Shown: piece after piece, positions 19,601-28,846 of the stretch
Layout of the letters: each line of letters begins with the position of its first letter
How positions within the stretch are numbered: position 1 is the first letter of the stretch
Assembly (NCBI GenBank): GCA_000002445.1
Contig: CM000208.1
Location: forward strand, 2,336,001-2,400,000
DNA length: 64,000 nucleotides
Direction: 5' to 3'
Source of the DNA: Trypanosoma brucei
Taxonomy: Eukaryota
The notes under the pieces: model-generated
What the model was told of the DNA's origin: nothing
Databases searched by the model: none
The model's input: only the letters and a program-made list of their open reading frames with translations
Made by a program: the position numbers and the translations under genes

Positions 19601-22179
19601 TCCTTAGTGAGAATTTCGGTGTTGCCGTACCGCCACCCCTGGGGAGAGAGTGCAGCTTTCGGCAATGGTTGCAAAGCATCCTCGTGAAGTATGCGCCGAC
19701 GGAGCTGCATCGGCTCGAATGGTACGTAGGCGAGTATTCTGTCAAAGACAACAGAGAGGTGGAAGGCTTCTTCGTTACGAACACATACAAGAGGAGGGGG
19801 AAGGAGGAAGTCAATGTCCATATTTCCGTGGAAACGGTATCAAACTTGCATTGCGATGGTTTGGTCGTTGCCTCTGGTTCGTGTTCGATGACGGCGGAGT
19901 TAGGGGGAAGGACGGTCTGCCGTATCCCCGCTGTGGAGGGAAGCAACGGCTTCTTCAACATTTCAGGGGAATTCGATGTTGTCATCCCTCAACCACTAAC
20001 GCAGACACTGCGCCTTCTTGTGAGCGTCAAGGCAGGCTCAAAACGTAGCCACGGAGAATGTGTCATATCATTCGCGGATGTGCACCGCAAGGCAGCTCGT
20101 GGGCAAGCTCACTACATTGTGGAAGGCCCAGGACTCCCGTCGGCCTCCCCCATTGGTTACGTAACCGTCTCAATGTCCTGTGACCGTTGCGGCAGAGTGG
20201 GGACGCCATCAGATTATGCAGATAGGAGTCTATATACGAGGATGCGTGATTACTATTACTATTACATTCGTGAACGACTTCACGTGGTGAACGTCACTTA
20301 CAGCAAGAAAGTTGATGTGGACAACCATCTGAGAAAGCTGGTGGAGGTGTATGGCCCAGAACCCAGCACCCGTCAACTCCATCTAGAAATTGTGCAGTGT
20401 AATTTTCCAGGCATTGCCGACGGTACTCCCTATTTTGCTCTCGAAGTCGGACTCCTGCAGTATAGGACAGTACCTGTCGCCGACAACCCTGACTCCCATT
20501 TCAAAGGGTCATTTGACATTCATCTTGGATTACCCGAAAAGGATGAACTAAACCTGATAGTGTTTATGAGTCGTGCGTGTGAGTTGCTTGATGTGGAGGT
20601 TGGACGAACCTTGATACCCCTCAGGAACGTCGTGTGCGGGAAGAAAATGCTTTTCCGTCTCCCACTCGTGCGACAGGCTCAGACAAAATATGCTAAAATC
20701 CATGGCTCCGTTGAAGTTTTGCTTTACACCAATGATTTTGGTCTCCCGTCCGAGCAGCAGAGGCACGCTCTGCATCACAGCCTTTGCGATCGAGTACAGT
20801 GGGAGGTTTCTCATTCCAACCCAAAGGACATTCATCGGATCCCCAATTTTCTCGCGGGAATACAGGTGCAAAGCGGGTGGGTTAGCGGTCAAATGGAATG
20901 TAGATCGTTACCTCGGCCTGGCTCAGCGTCAGATAACGCAATCCGTGTTCTCTTTCTTGGGTTTCAATGCCTTCCTGAAAAAGGTGTCTACATAAAAGTG
21001 AAGTTGGATGGCTGTAAGAAGCTTCTACGCACAGGCGACCTGTCGGGGAAGCGGCTTGCTTGCGTCAATGAAGAATTCACCATTGAAGGTTCTGCTGTAC
21101 TGAAAAACACAGTTTTTACGTTGAAGTTAGCAGAAAGTAAGACAAATGAATCGCGCGCGTTATGTTACTGCGACTTCACTCTAGCAGATTGTCCCCCTGG
21201 ATGTGTGTCTAGAAAGTGGCTGCGTCTCTTCGACGACAGGGGCAGGTCTATGGGCCAACTAGGCATTCAGGTGGACGCACCAGCTTCCTCAAGCTCATTT
21301 TTCTCTCGCAGCAGCAGCAACCGGTCCCATCACGACGTGGAGCGAGTCACGGATGATGTCGTGTCACTTCTACAAAAGTACTTGCCGCAAGGGCTGCGGC
21401 GACTCGACCTGATAATTAACCATTCCGATAATGTGAGTGCCGTTCATCGTGTGCTTCGCAAGGAACTGGCACCCAAAGTGCAAGCGACAATATACTGCCA
21501 GGTTCAGCAAATCAGATTGCGAACTCCAGCAAGGATATACCCCCGAGTCGAGTTTTCTTCAGCTGACGAGGTTCAATACGTAACGGAGCGCACATACGGG
21601 GAGTGTATGGTGGACTCAAATACGCCATCCCGAAAGAGAGGGGCCGTTTACCTCCACTTTTCTTCAGTCCGTTTGGATGTGAACGGGGCAGATGCGCTGC
21701 GGATTTCTGTTCATGATGGTGAGGCGAGAGAGGGGTGTGAGAAGTTAGGGAGTGTGGTGCTTTCGTTGCGAGCACTTCTAACCCCGACACTGTACGGCAC
21801 AAATGAGATATTGAGGGCGCCGCTTGTCAAACTGTGGCGTACCGGGATTAAAACACGGGCAGTCGTGGCTGGAACCATAACCTTCCACCTTAGTATCCCT
21901 ATTTTTGAGCGGTACCCAGCGGCGCTATGCCTCTCCGAGATCTTTCCGTGCGCTGTGGACCGAGATGTGATACGATGTTATTTCAACAAAATATCTTCAG
22001 TGCTGCGGTGCCACGATACGGGTTCACTCGTGGACATCCACCGCAAGGTGTTTGAGGAGCTTGTCGTGAAACCAAATGGGTCGGTTGAGCTGCGCAACTT
22101 CCTCCACCAATTAGCGGAACGGTGGGGCGTGGACGTGAGTTCTCTTGACGCCACTTCCCCCGACTGGTCGTTTTGTTGA
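16666..22179 (+). CDS. giant multi-module protein (about 1837 aa) built from repeated C2-like beta segment plus helical module; paralog of 23669..27214
   Basis: The ORF-track start at 16597 is GTG and runs through a (TA)n tract; the first ATG is 16666 (the next is 16705). At least 6-7 copies of a helical module recur, for example SENFGVAVPPPLGRECSFRQWLQSILVKYAPTELHRLEWYVGEY, TNDFGLPSEQQRHALHHSLC, RRRLQEVDIILYSRRNKLDELMDELEVYYGREPG and RERLHVVNVTYSKKVDVDNHLRKLVEVYGPEPS. Each follows a beta-rich segment with the VEVGRTxIPL-type signature seen in C2 domains. Confidence 0.7.
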   Translation: MNKLLITLHGCHIMHSPGLSTVSPRVLIVVDGVYEFVAHGKASTFTSYFNELFTVGYIDRLTVVEVLVYNSSTTGCGDYNEQQLLGTCRLSTVWLFQGKTPKRRRHVLANDAGIAGTVELTLMLDTSREGKGSFEEETNEWCASRLVRFLMHNDKGRLRDVDLLLSTMETDGAPLRPLASPPKCAAASSESSRSSCAAFEELMRNLCEEYHCEEPPQCRVRVALEGCTSLEESDKHHSSNVIVVFRSTAEEFVSPSRPYTSNPVWGSTLGTATFDVCNPEDFVLDVIVYRITSSSGYVEVGRARIRVYMLTTEYSSKRQYFIFRHDSYITPCVTGAVHITIKPLGFGLSPKDAGGTADLFHARLNRFFYRYDRRRLQEVDIILYSRRNKLDELMDELEVYYGREPGTAVLCLTVEEVQSLLHVASTDLDGEDVVVVVTMGSQSNRTDAKRVTANSRIVFGNAFQIDVVRETDMIRFEVVKAGCEDVVYGSVDFTCLRIQKGVENTRTLYLVGAAGTEKAFLSGTITVTFFSENLGQSYTADTESECMYAGRLRRYACQHAPEKLHLVDVAVATVFDTEGFMKEMSRDYGEENPTYVLYMTVLGCRKLRKRFGFTMSAYVVARMGVDRYETRVVRNSTKPDYFEFFEFFIDQFAHTELTLVVMDQYDMGTDKEVGRTVIPLENAIPEHQYNLWLPLMKDGCSNCGFVGVKFVVKDLQLRDSLCDHVKAGTFSERCGPRQEELTSPNESRRATGVTNFSNALYHLFGGWGKRIFRAPRWQPWRDESSKGFSKLKVSEGVSGCEHGSDHPVLANIIDDGIYSASEFLRPRTARTAPKLLSNLLVKQRARHTLVPQTPNSTTGRRFLHVHLHYCDDLEERRLVPPSPCVMLATLRTTYISRTAFETCSPRYDDVFHFPITCPDEDFLTITVMTDTPYGRKTLGFCMLSIKNVCYGMPQTRYVALVVAPHGSVAQQRGVVCLSLLSENFGVAVPPPLGRECSFRQWLQSILVKYAPTELHRLEWYVGEYSVKDNREVEGFFVTNTYKRRGKEEVNVHISVETVSNLHCDGLVVASGSCSMTAELGGRTVCRIPAVEGSNGFFNISGEFDVVIPQPLTQTLRLLVSVKAGSKRSHGECVISFADVHRKAARGQAHYIVEGPGLPSASPIGYVTVSMSCDRCGRVGTPSDYADRSLYTRMRDYYYYYIRERLHVVNVTYSKKVDVDNHLRKLVEVYGPEPSTRQLHLEIVQCNFPGIADGTPYFALEVGLLQYRTVPVADNPDSHFKGSFDIHLGLPEKDELNLIVFMSRACELLDVEVGRTLIPLRNVVCGKKMLFRLPLVRQAQTKYAKIHGSVEVLLYTNDFGLPSEQQRHALHHSLCDRVQWEVSHSNPKDIHRIPNFLAGIQVQSGWVSGQMECRSLPRPGSASDNAIRVLFLGFQCLPEKGVYIKVKLDGCKKLLRTGDLSGKRLACVNEEFTIEGSAVLKNTVFTLKLAESKTNESRALCYCDFTLADCPPGCVSRKWLRLFDDRGRSMGQLGIQVDAPASSSSFFSRSSSNRSHHDVERVTDDVVSLLQKYLPQGLRRLDLIINHSDNVSAVHRVLRKELAPKVQATIYCQVQQIRLRTPARIYPRVEFSSADEVQYVTERTYGECMVDSNTPSRKRGAVYLHFSSVRLDVNGADALRISVHDGEAREGCEKLGSVVLSLRALLTPTLYGTNEILRAPLVKLWRTGIKTRAVVAGTITFHLSIPIFERYPAALCLSEIFPCAVDRDVIRCYFNKISSVLRCHDTGSLVDIHRKVFEELVVKPNGSVELRNFLHQLAERWGVDVSSLDATSPDWSFC

Positions 22180-23089
22180 TGGCGCCGCGCTTTACTGTGA
22201 AAGACTGTTAAGTACATATGTATGTTTATATTGTTTGCAGGGCTCGTGGAACGGTTCGGATGTAAGTGTTTGTGATGTGGTAGTCGTTCGTTTCTGTCAT
22301 GATGTTTAGTAGCGTAAAATAAAGTATTCGTTTATTTATTTGTTGTCCCTTTTTTTAAAAAAAAAATTGTGTAATACCCCTTCTCGCAAAAGTAACGGAA
22401 GAACGGGGCGGTTCTTCCTGAAAGACTGTGAAAATAAAAACAGTACGATACACCGCTGGTGTACAGGGGGAAAGGGGGAAAAAAGGAAAGTCAAGTATGG
22501 TATAGTATTTATTTGTTTGTAGTCTGCTGGCCCCGTGTATTATATGGCAAAACTGAATATAGTGGAACCGTACGTACGGCACTTCGTTCGGTGCCTTTTT
22601 TTTTTTGCGCTGTTTCGTTTATTTGATGCCCTTCATGACTTCTCTTTCCCCCACTGAATCTTACGGTTTTGGCATTACTTACTCGATGGTGGTAACGGGT
22701 TCCGTCATCTTGTCTTTTTATATTTTAAACCTCTTGTTAGCCCGGTTTTCGTTTTTTTCTTTTCTTAAAAAAAAAAAATAATCTAACTCCTGTTTGTGTT
22801 TTTTGGAACAGATCGATGTATGTGGTTGAGGTGTAGAGAGGACAACAGGCACAACAACTTGTGCGATATTACGTGTCGCATGTTAGTTTCCTACCCTTTT
22901 TGTTGCTGTTGTTGTCCTTCACTTCTGTCAGCGGCTTACTTGTTCGTAAAAGTGTCATGGGAGAGGAGAGAGTTCGATTGGAACACTTCCTGATGTGGAA
23001 AACGATTAAGTCTTTTTTCCCCCTTCTGTTCGCTGTGGCTTATTGGTAGACCCCTCATGTGAGCACTTTTATTCTGCTCCCCCTTTGTA

Positions 23090-23230
23090 CTGTTTTCCGT
23101 CTGTGCGAAAACCACTCGTGCCTCTTCTTGTATACTTCGTCATGATACCTTCTTTCTATTTTCTCCTTCTCATTCTTATCATCAATTTACCGTTTCCTTT
23201 CCCCCCTTTTTTTTCGCACTGCCCCCAAAG
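23090..23230 (+). promoter_or_regulatory. unusually long (about 140 nt) polypyrimidine tract upstream of the CDS at 23669
   Basis: cgtgcctcttcttgtatacttcgtcatgataccttctttctattttctccttctcattcttatcatcaatttaccgtttcctttcccccctttttttt. It would give a 5'UTR of about 400 nt containing a purine-rich element (23340-23470). Confidence 0.4.
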
Positions 23231-23668
23231 TGTTCATTTAAACCCCCACTATCACAGTGGTTGTGAACTGAGTGTGTAGAGTGCAGGAGGCGGATAACAA
23301 CAAAAGGGCTCCATCACTGACACTACGCTACCCGCCACCTGTGTTTTGAACGGTACGCACACACATAAGCACACAAGCAGAAAAAGAAAACGAAAAAAGA
23401 AAGGGAGACATTAGGGGTTTCAAAAGGGAGAGTAATTCGAAGAGCAGAGAAGGAAGGGGAACATCACGGCACATATTCCTAGAAGGGCGATTGTTAATAA
23501 TTTGCTCGGACGAGGGAGGGCTACGAGAGGAAGTGAGTGAGACGAACAGAAGTCACATTCTCACTGATAGTGTTGTGCGAGGGTTTTTGTGTTTCAAGAC
23601 AACGAGAATATTGTCCATTTAAGCAGGGTAACACTTCGTCACCCTCGTAGAAATATTTGCAAGTAACC

Positions 23669-26600
23669 ATGAAGGACAGTTATCGCGATCCCAACAGGGC
23701 AAAGAGCTACGCGTCGTCCGCCGATGCCTTTTCTTCTAGTGCGCAACGTTCATGTGCTGTCGGTAGTGCCACCTGGAACGGCTCGCCCTGCGATAATTCG
23801 CCCAGTAGCACATTTATAAGTAGCACCGGAAGAAACACTGGGAAGTTGCATAAGGTGGGGTTTCGGAAAAGAGAAACGACTGCCCCACGTGGTGAAACGC
23901 ATCCGCCGAGGGTCCCAAGAAAGCAGACGCCACCGACTGCGAGGAGCAGGCCGGTGCCCCCTTTGGCGTTGACGCAAACAGGTGCAAGAACAGAACGCGG
24001 TCACAGAATGGATTTGAGGGTACGTGTCGAGGGCGTCAAAAAATTGCTTCCCCCTAATAGCGCATCGAAAGCCCTACCCTCAACCTTCATTATGGTTCAA
24101 ACAGCAACAGGGCGTGGCAAAACGCCGGTAATTTTCAACAACGCTAATCCTCCTTTTAACGACGAGTTCGTGTTTACCGTTAGAGATCCCAAATTAGATG
24201 AAATTACGGTTGTATTAGTCTCGCACACACCATCTGGAAACAAAAAATTGGGACAGTGCGTTCTTTCTCCTGGAAATCTTGTGTGTGGCGAAGAGAAGAG
24301 GCGATGGGTTTCTATTGTCCGCCATCCTGGAACAGATCAAGCTCGCGACTACGCTCCCATGCTACTTAGTATGTATACTGAAGACTTCGGCCTTCGGTGT
24401 GGACCATCAGAAGCGAAAGAAAGTGAATTCCGCGAAAAGCTTCGTGCGCTTCTTAAAAACAACGCACCACGGGAGCTCCACCGTCTCGAGTGGTATGTGG
24501 GAAGTTGCGTAGGTGACTATGATGGTGCTTTTTCTCAGCTGTGCTCAAAGTATCGCAAGTCAAAGGGCACACCTGCGGCGTTTCAGCTTGTCATTAACGC
24601 AGTCTCTGACTTGACCGATGGTAATGGATCACCAAGCGCTTGTGAGACGTGCTGCGTGAAAATTTACGCGGGTCGGGTGAAACGGGTCACCCCAATGGCC
24701 TTGTATCGATCCTCGGCAGTATTTAACGAAGTCTTCAACCTGTCATTAGATGACCCCTTGTCGTCTGGAATAACTCTCTGCGTCTGTTCGCCACGCGGTA
24801 AGATTGGTGAATGCGTTGTCTCTCTGAGAGGGATCCAGAAGGGCGTCGCGAAGGAGCGCACAAATTCTCTTGTTTATGCTGCTGGGACCGGGGATGCAAG
24901 TCTCTGTGGAACCATTTCCTTTACCCTTTACTCACAGACGTTCGGAGTGGAAAATCCCATTGAAGAGGCAGAAGAGAACGCCAGGCGTACTCGGCTGCAG
25001 AACTATCTGTGGAATTATCTCCGAGATGACCTACATCGTCTAGACCCCATTCTATACTCCATCACTGACGTGGATTCCTTCATGAGTGTGTGGACGCGCA
25101 CGTACGGTCCGGAGCCCCGACAACACCTTCTACGGCTCCGAATTAAAAATTTGAGGCTCCTGACCAAACTGAAGAGTCCCGAAGAGTTTACGGTCGTATT
25201 ACGTACAGGACCAAATGCATATCGAACTTCCTGTGTTCGCTACTCACAAGACTTCAGATTCTGTGATGAATTGGTGGTCAGTGTGTGCACTCCATCCGCC
25301 GCCGAGTTCACTTTTATTGTGGTGAAAACATCGGACGTACACGAGGTAGAGATGGGTCGGGCCACCGTGTCCTTTGCAGATATTCCGCAGAGCTCTGTAT
25401 TCAAACGTGATATAATCATCTATGAGGACGCCTTACAGGTCGGCTCCAAAGACTTTGGTACGCTTTTTATTGAGGGGATTACGAACGACTTTGGTCTGCC
25501 GTCGGAAACCTTAACTCCTGAAAGGAGAGAATACTACAGACGACGTGTCGCATCGATTTTGTCCCGCTACAAACCGACTGAGGTATACCGTTGTGACTAC
25601 CTTCTTGGCACCCACTCGGGAATGGAGGAGCAGCTTGTGAGGCGTTTATCAGAGGAGTACGGCCCCGAAACCGGTAACGCGCACGTCAATATCCAAATTT
25701 TGGCAATTAATGACTTCATGCTCTCCTCTCCCTGCTACGTTAAGGTATACGTGGATGACGTTCAGGTACTTAGAACAAAGAGCCACCGCACAGCCCTGAA
25801 TATGCAGTTTGATATATCCCTGAACAACTCCGCAACGCTGCAGATAGAGAATCCCCTCCGCTCGCTACTGAGGTTTGAGTTGATGGAGCCTCGGAGGTTT
25901 CTGCGATCCCGGGTTGTGGGCGTGGCAGAGTTAAGCCTGGTCAAGATGGTACCGAATGAGAAGAATGTGTACCGGCTTCCAGTGTTTAACGCTGAGCGAA
26001 ACGGAGAGGTTGGAACTCTGAGTGTGGAAATAGAATCACCAAGTCTGAGGCACGACGTGTCAGCCATTTTCGACACTCCCCGCGAAGAAGATGACGCCGA
26101 GCTATTCGAAAATGTAATGAAAGATGTAACAACTCTGGTAAGCAAGTACTGCCCTCAGAACTTGCCCCATGTCCAGCCGATGGTGGCCAAGGCAGCGTCA
26201 TTGAGGGATGTCCACCGCGAGCTTAGGGACAAGTTCACACCAAAGCGGGTTGCTTTCACTTTTTACGTACATATTGACAAGCTGGACCTATCGAACCGCG
26301 AGGACATTGAGGCGTATGACGAGGGTCTTATTTCTGTCGAGGCTTACTTCATGAACGAGCGTGTTGTGCAGCCAATGAAGGTAAGTGATGTAAGCAAAGC
26401 AAGGGCGAGTAAGTTGTTTCCCGAAATTCGTTTCGATATCGTTCACCCACACTCATCAGAGCCTGACTGTAGCTTGCCCATACTTGAGATCGTGATGCAC
26501 AAAAAGAACTATAGTACCTTCAAACCCCTTCTAGCTGTTACGAGGCATGGCACTGCTGCTGCAGCGAAACCTCTGAACGTACAAACAACAGAAATGGGCC

Positions 26601-27214
26601 GTGTGGTTCTCTCGGCGCGGGCCCTTCTAACAGAGTGCATGTACTCCCTTGGAGAACCGGTTACTGTAGGTCTTGTCTCTTCAGGGGAACGCGCTCCACA
26701 GGGAGGTACCGTGTTTGGGGACATCGAAAGCTGTCAACGTGCCTACATTGGCGACCTAACGTTGCGCGTGACTGTTCCTTCATTTGAAACCATACCGCGA
26801 TGCTTACAGTTTAGCTCTCACGTCACACGAGATTTTCAACAGGATTACGTCCGTTATCACGCTGACCGAATCTTCAGTCTGTACCGAGCTCACGATCCAT
26901 GGAAGCTGCGTGAATTTTACTACTTGCTCTTCGAGAGGGATGTGGCTTTGGGCAAGTGGCCTCGATCACTACATAATTGGTTGGTAAATTGTATCAAACT
27001 GTATGGACCAGAGGCCCCTGGTACCTATGGACCGCCTCCCAAGCTTCGTTTGGGTTTGAAGGAGTGGGATCAGCAACGAGTCAATAGAACGACGGCGAGT
27101 ACTGCGTGCACATCAAGCGGGTATAACACAGCTCGAGGAAGCAGCTCCGCATTTCCTTCAAACGCATTCAGCGGCAGCGCCAGGCGTTCCCGGAACGGCG
27201 ATCATGGACAGTAG
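23669..27214 (+). CDS. multi-module protein (about 1181 aa), paralog of 16666..22179; Ser/Pro/Arg-rich N-terminus
   Basis: The ORF-track start at 23657 is TTG; the first ATG is 23669. It shares motifs with the upstream gene: NAPRELHRLEWYVGS versus APTELHRLEWYVGEY; TNDFGLPSE identical in both; VVLSARALLT versus VVLSLRALLT; LHRLDPILYS...YGPEP versus LQEVDIILYS...YGREPG. Confidence 0.7.
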   Translation: MKDSYRDPNRAKSYASSADAFSSSAQRSCAVGSATWNGSPCDNSPSSTFISSTGRNTGKLHKVGFRKRETTAPRGETHPPRVPRKQTPPTARSRPVPPLALTQTGARTERGHRMDLRVRVEGVKKLLPPNSASKALPSTFIMVQTATGRGKTPVIFNNANPPFNDEFVFTVRDPKLDEITVVLVSHTPSGNKKLGQCVLSPGNLVCGEEKRRWVSIVRHPGTDQARDYAPMLLSMYTEDFGLRCGPSEAKESEFREKLRALLKNNAPRELHRLEWYVGSCVGDYDGAFSQLCSKYRKSKGTPAAFQLVINAVSDLTDGNGSPSACETCCVKIYAGRVKRVTPMALYRSSAVFNEVFNLSLDDPLSSGITLCVCSPRGKIGECVVSLRGIQKGVAKERTNSLVYAAGTGDASLCGTISFTLYSQTFGVENPIEEAEENARRTRLQNYLWNYLRDDLHRLDPILYSITDVDSFMSVWTRTYGPEPRQHLLRLRIKNLRLLTKLKSPEEFTVVLRTGPNAYRTSCVRYSQDFRFCDELVVSVCTPSAAEFTFIVVKTSDVHEVEMGRATVSFADIPQSSVFKRDIIIYEDALQVGSKDFGTLFIEGITNDFGLPSETLTPERREYYRRRVASILSRYKPTEVYRCDYLLGTHSGMEEQLVRRLSEEYGPETGNAHVNIQILAINDFMLSSPCYVKVYVDDVQVLRTKSHRTALNMQFDISLNNSATLQIENPLRSLLRFELMEPRRFLRSRVVGVAELSLVKMVPNEKNVYRLPVFNAERNGEVGTLSVEIESPSLRHDVSAIFDTPREEDDAELFENVMKDVTTLVSKYCPQNLPHVQPMVAKAASLRDVHRELRDKFTPKRVAFTFYVHIDKLDLSNREDIEAYDEGLISVEAYFMNERVVQPMKVSDVSKARASKLFPEIRFDIVHPHSSEPDCSLPILEIVMHKKNYSTFKPLLAVTRHGTAAAAKPLNVQTTEMGRVVLSARALLTECMYSLGEPVTVGLVSSGERAPQGGTVFGDIESCQRAYIGDLTLRVTVPSFETIPRCLQFSSHVTRDFQQDYVRYHADRIFSLYRAHDPWKLREFYYLLFERDVALGKWPRSLHNWLVNCIKLYGPEAPGTYGPPPKLRLGLKEWDQQRVNRTTASTACTSSGYNTARGSSSAFPSNAFSGSARRSRNGDHGQ

Positions 27215-28846
27215 TTTGCCGGTTGGTTCCCACAGGAAATGGGCAGTTTTGGGGGGAGATTGTGGCTTATGAGTATGCCAGAACGGGTGCGCCACGATGG
27301 AGAAATAACATTAGAAAATCCTACGCCGTCATCCATATATGCGTATGAATGTATATATGTCTGTATAAAAAAAAAATGGGGTGGATGATGCTAGAAGATT
27401 GAATGAGAGATGTAAGACAGGCAGTGTAGGCGAAGCGAGGAGGGCAGGCGAGAGGGTGTGCTCGCACTGCACCCCTGTTTGTGTTCACACTTGTAGTGTA
27501 TGTATCTATATCTGCGACAAATGTACGAATTTTAAATTTCTGACTTTACAGTAGCGCCTTGATGCCTTTTTGGAGTGGAGTGCGCAGGTGAAAAAGAATG
27601 GGGAAGTTGAATGCGGTGGAAGTGCACTTGATGTGTGTGCCTGCGCATACATGTGCGGATGTGGATGTGCATGTGAGAGGTGGTGCGTGGCCGCAATCAG
27701 GATGCTGGAGCGTTTCCCGTTATTTTATCATCCTCTAGGGGAACTCTTTTTTTTTTTTTTTGCCATGCTTCGCATTCGCTATGTGGAATAAGACCGCCAG
27801 TTTACCTTCTCGGTATACTTCACTACCCTTTAGAGCATATGGGTAACCAGCTGAGGATGCACGGGCGAGCTCATGGTTTTGTCCATTTCCCTAAATTGAG
27901 GGTGGATGGGAAAACCAGTTGTCGAATCCAATCTCTCTTTTCTCCCCTCCCCCCCCCAAGTCAGTCCGCTGCGGCGGCACTCAAAATGCAAGTAGCATCA
28001 CGTATGACCTTCTGTTTTCTTCCTTTTTTTTCCTTCAGTTTTTTTTTCCTCCGCTATATGTTCACTTTTTTTTTGTGTGTGTGTGTGCACTGATTGACTC
28101 CGGTAGTGGTGGTTTCATTGAAGCATTTATTCCGTATTTCCTCCTCCTTTCGCTTTGTCAGATCCCTGGTCCTTCAGCGCAAGAACTAAACCGCACCATG
28201 TTTCCCGTTGCGCATTGTTTTTATTGTTTTGTCGCTTGCACTCTCCCTTGTATAGTTTTGTTTGTTTTTTTTTTTGTTTTGTCTCCTTCGCCGCTCCATG
28301 ACCCTTTTCCCCCTTTCTGAATGTGCTTTGCGACTATGGGAAACGAAAGTGTGGGAAATGTACAGCAAAATACGACAGAGTGGTACGTTTAGAAGGAAGG
28401 AAATGGAAAATGCAACCTGTGAGAAAAAGGGGGGAAATGTGCACGACAAGGAAGGAAGAAACCAAGGAGAAGTTGCCTTCATGATAGAAAACTGCTTGCT
28501 ACACGTTACGGATATCTTTTTTAATACTACAATGAGCTACCGAACATGTGTATAAGAGCATCATTTTTCTTCCTGTATTATCAGCTGTTGCGCATCTGAT
28601 GTGATTCTACCCTAACCTCCTTCATTATTTTCTTTTCTTTAGTCACTGATCCTACTTCCTCTGCATCGAGGTTGTTATTTCTGTCTTAACTAATCAACTG
28701 CTCGGGTACTGCGGCCACTCGGGCAGTGCAACACGTGTAAACGTACATAAGCAAATACATTCTTTCGTATATATATATATATATATTCGTATAGTTGTTG
28801 AAGCGGACCTCTTCCTATAGCTTTGTAGGCCAAGAAGGTAGCAAAA

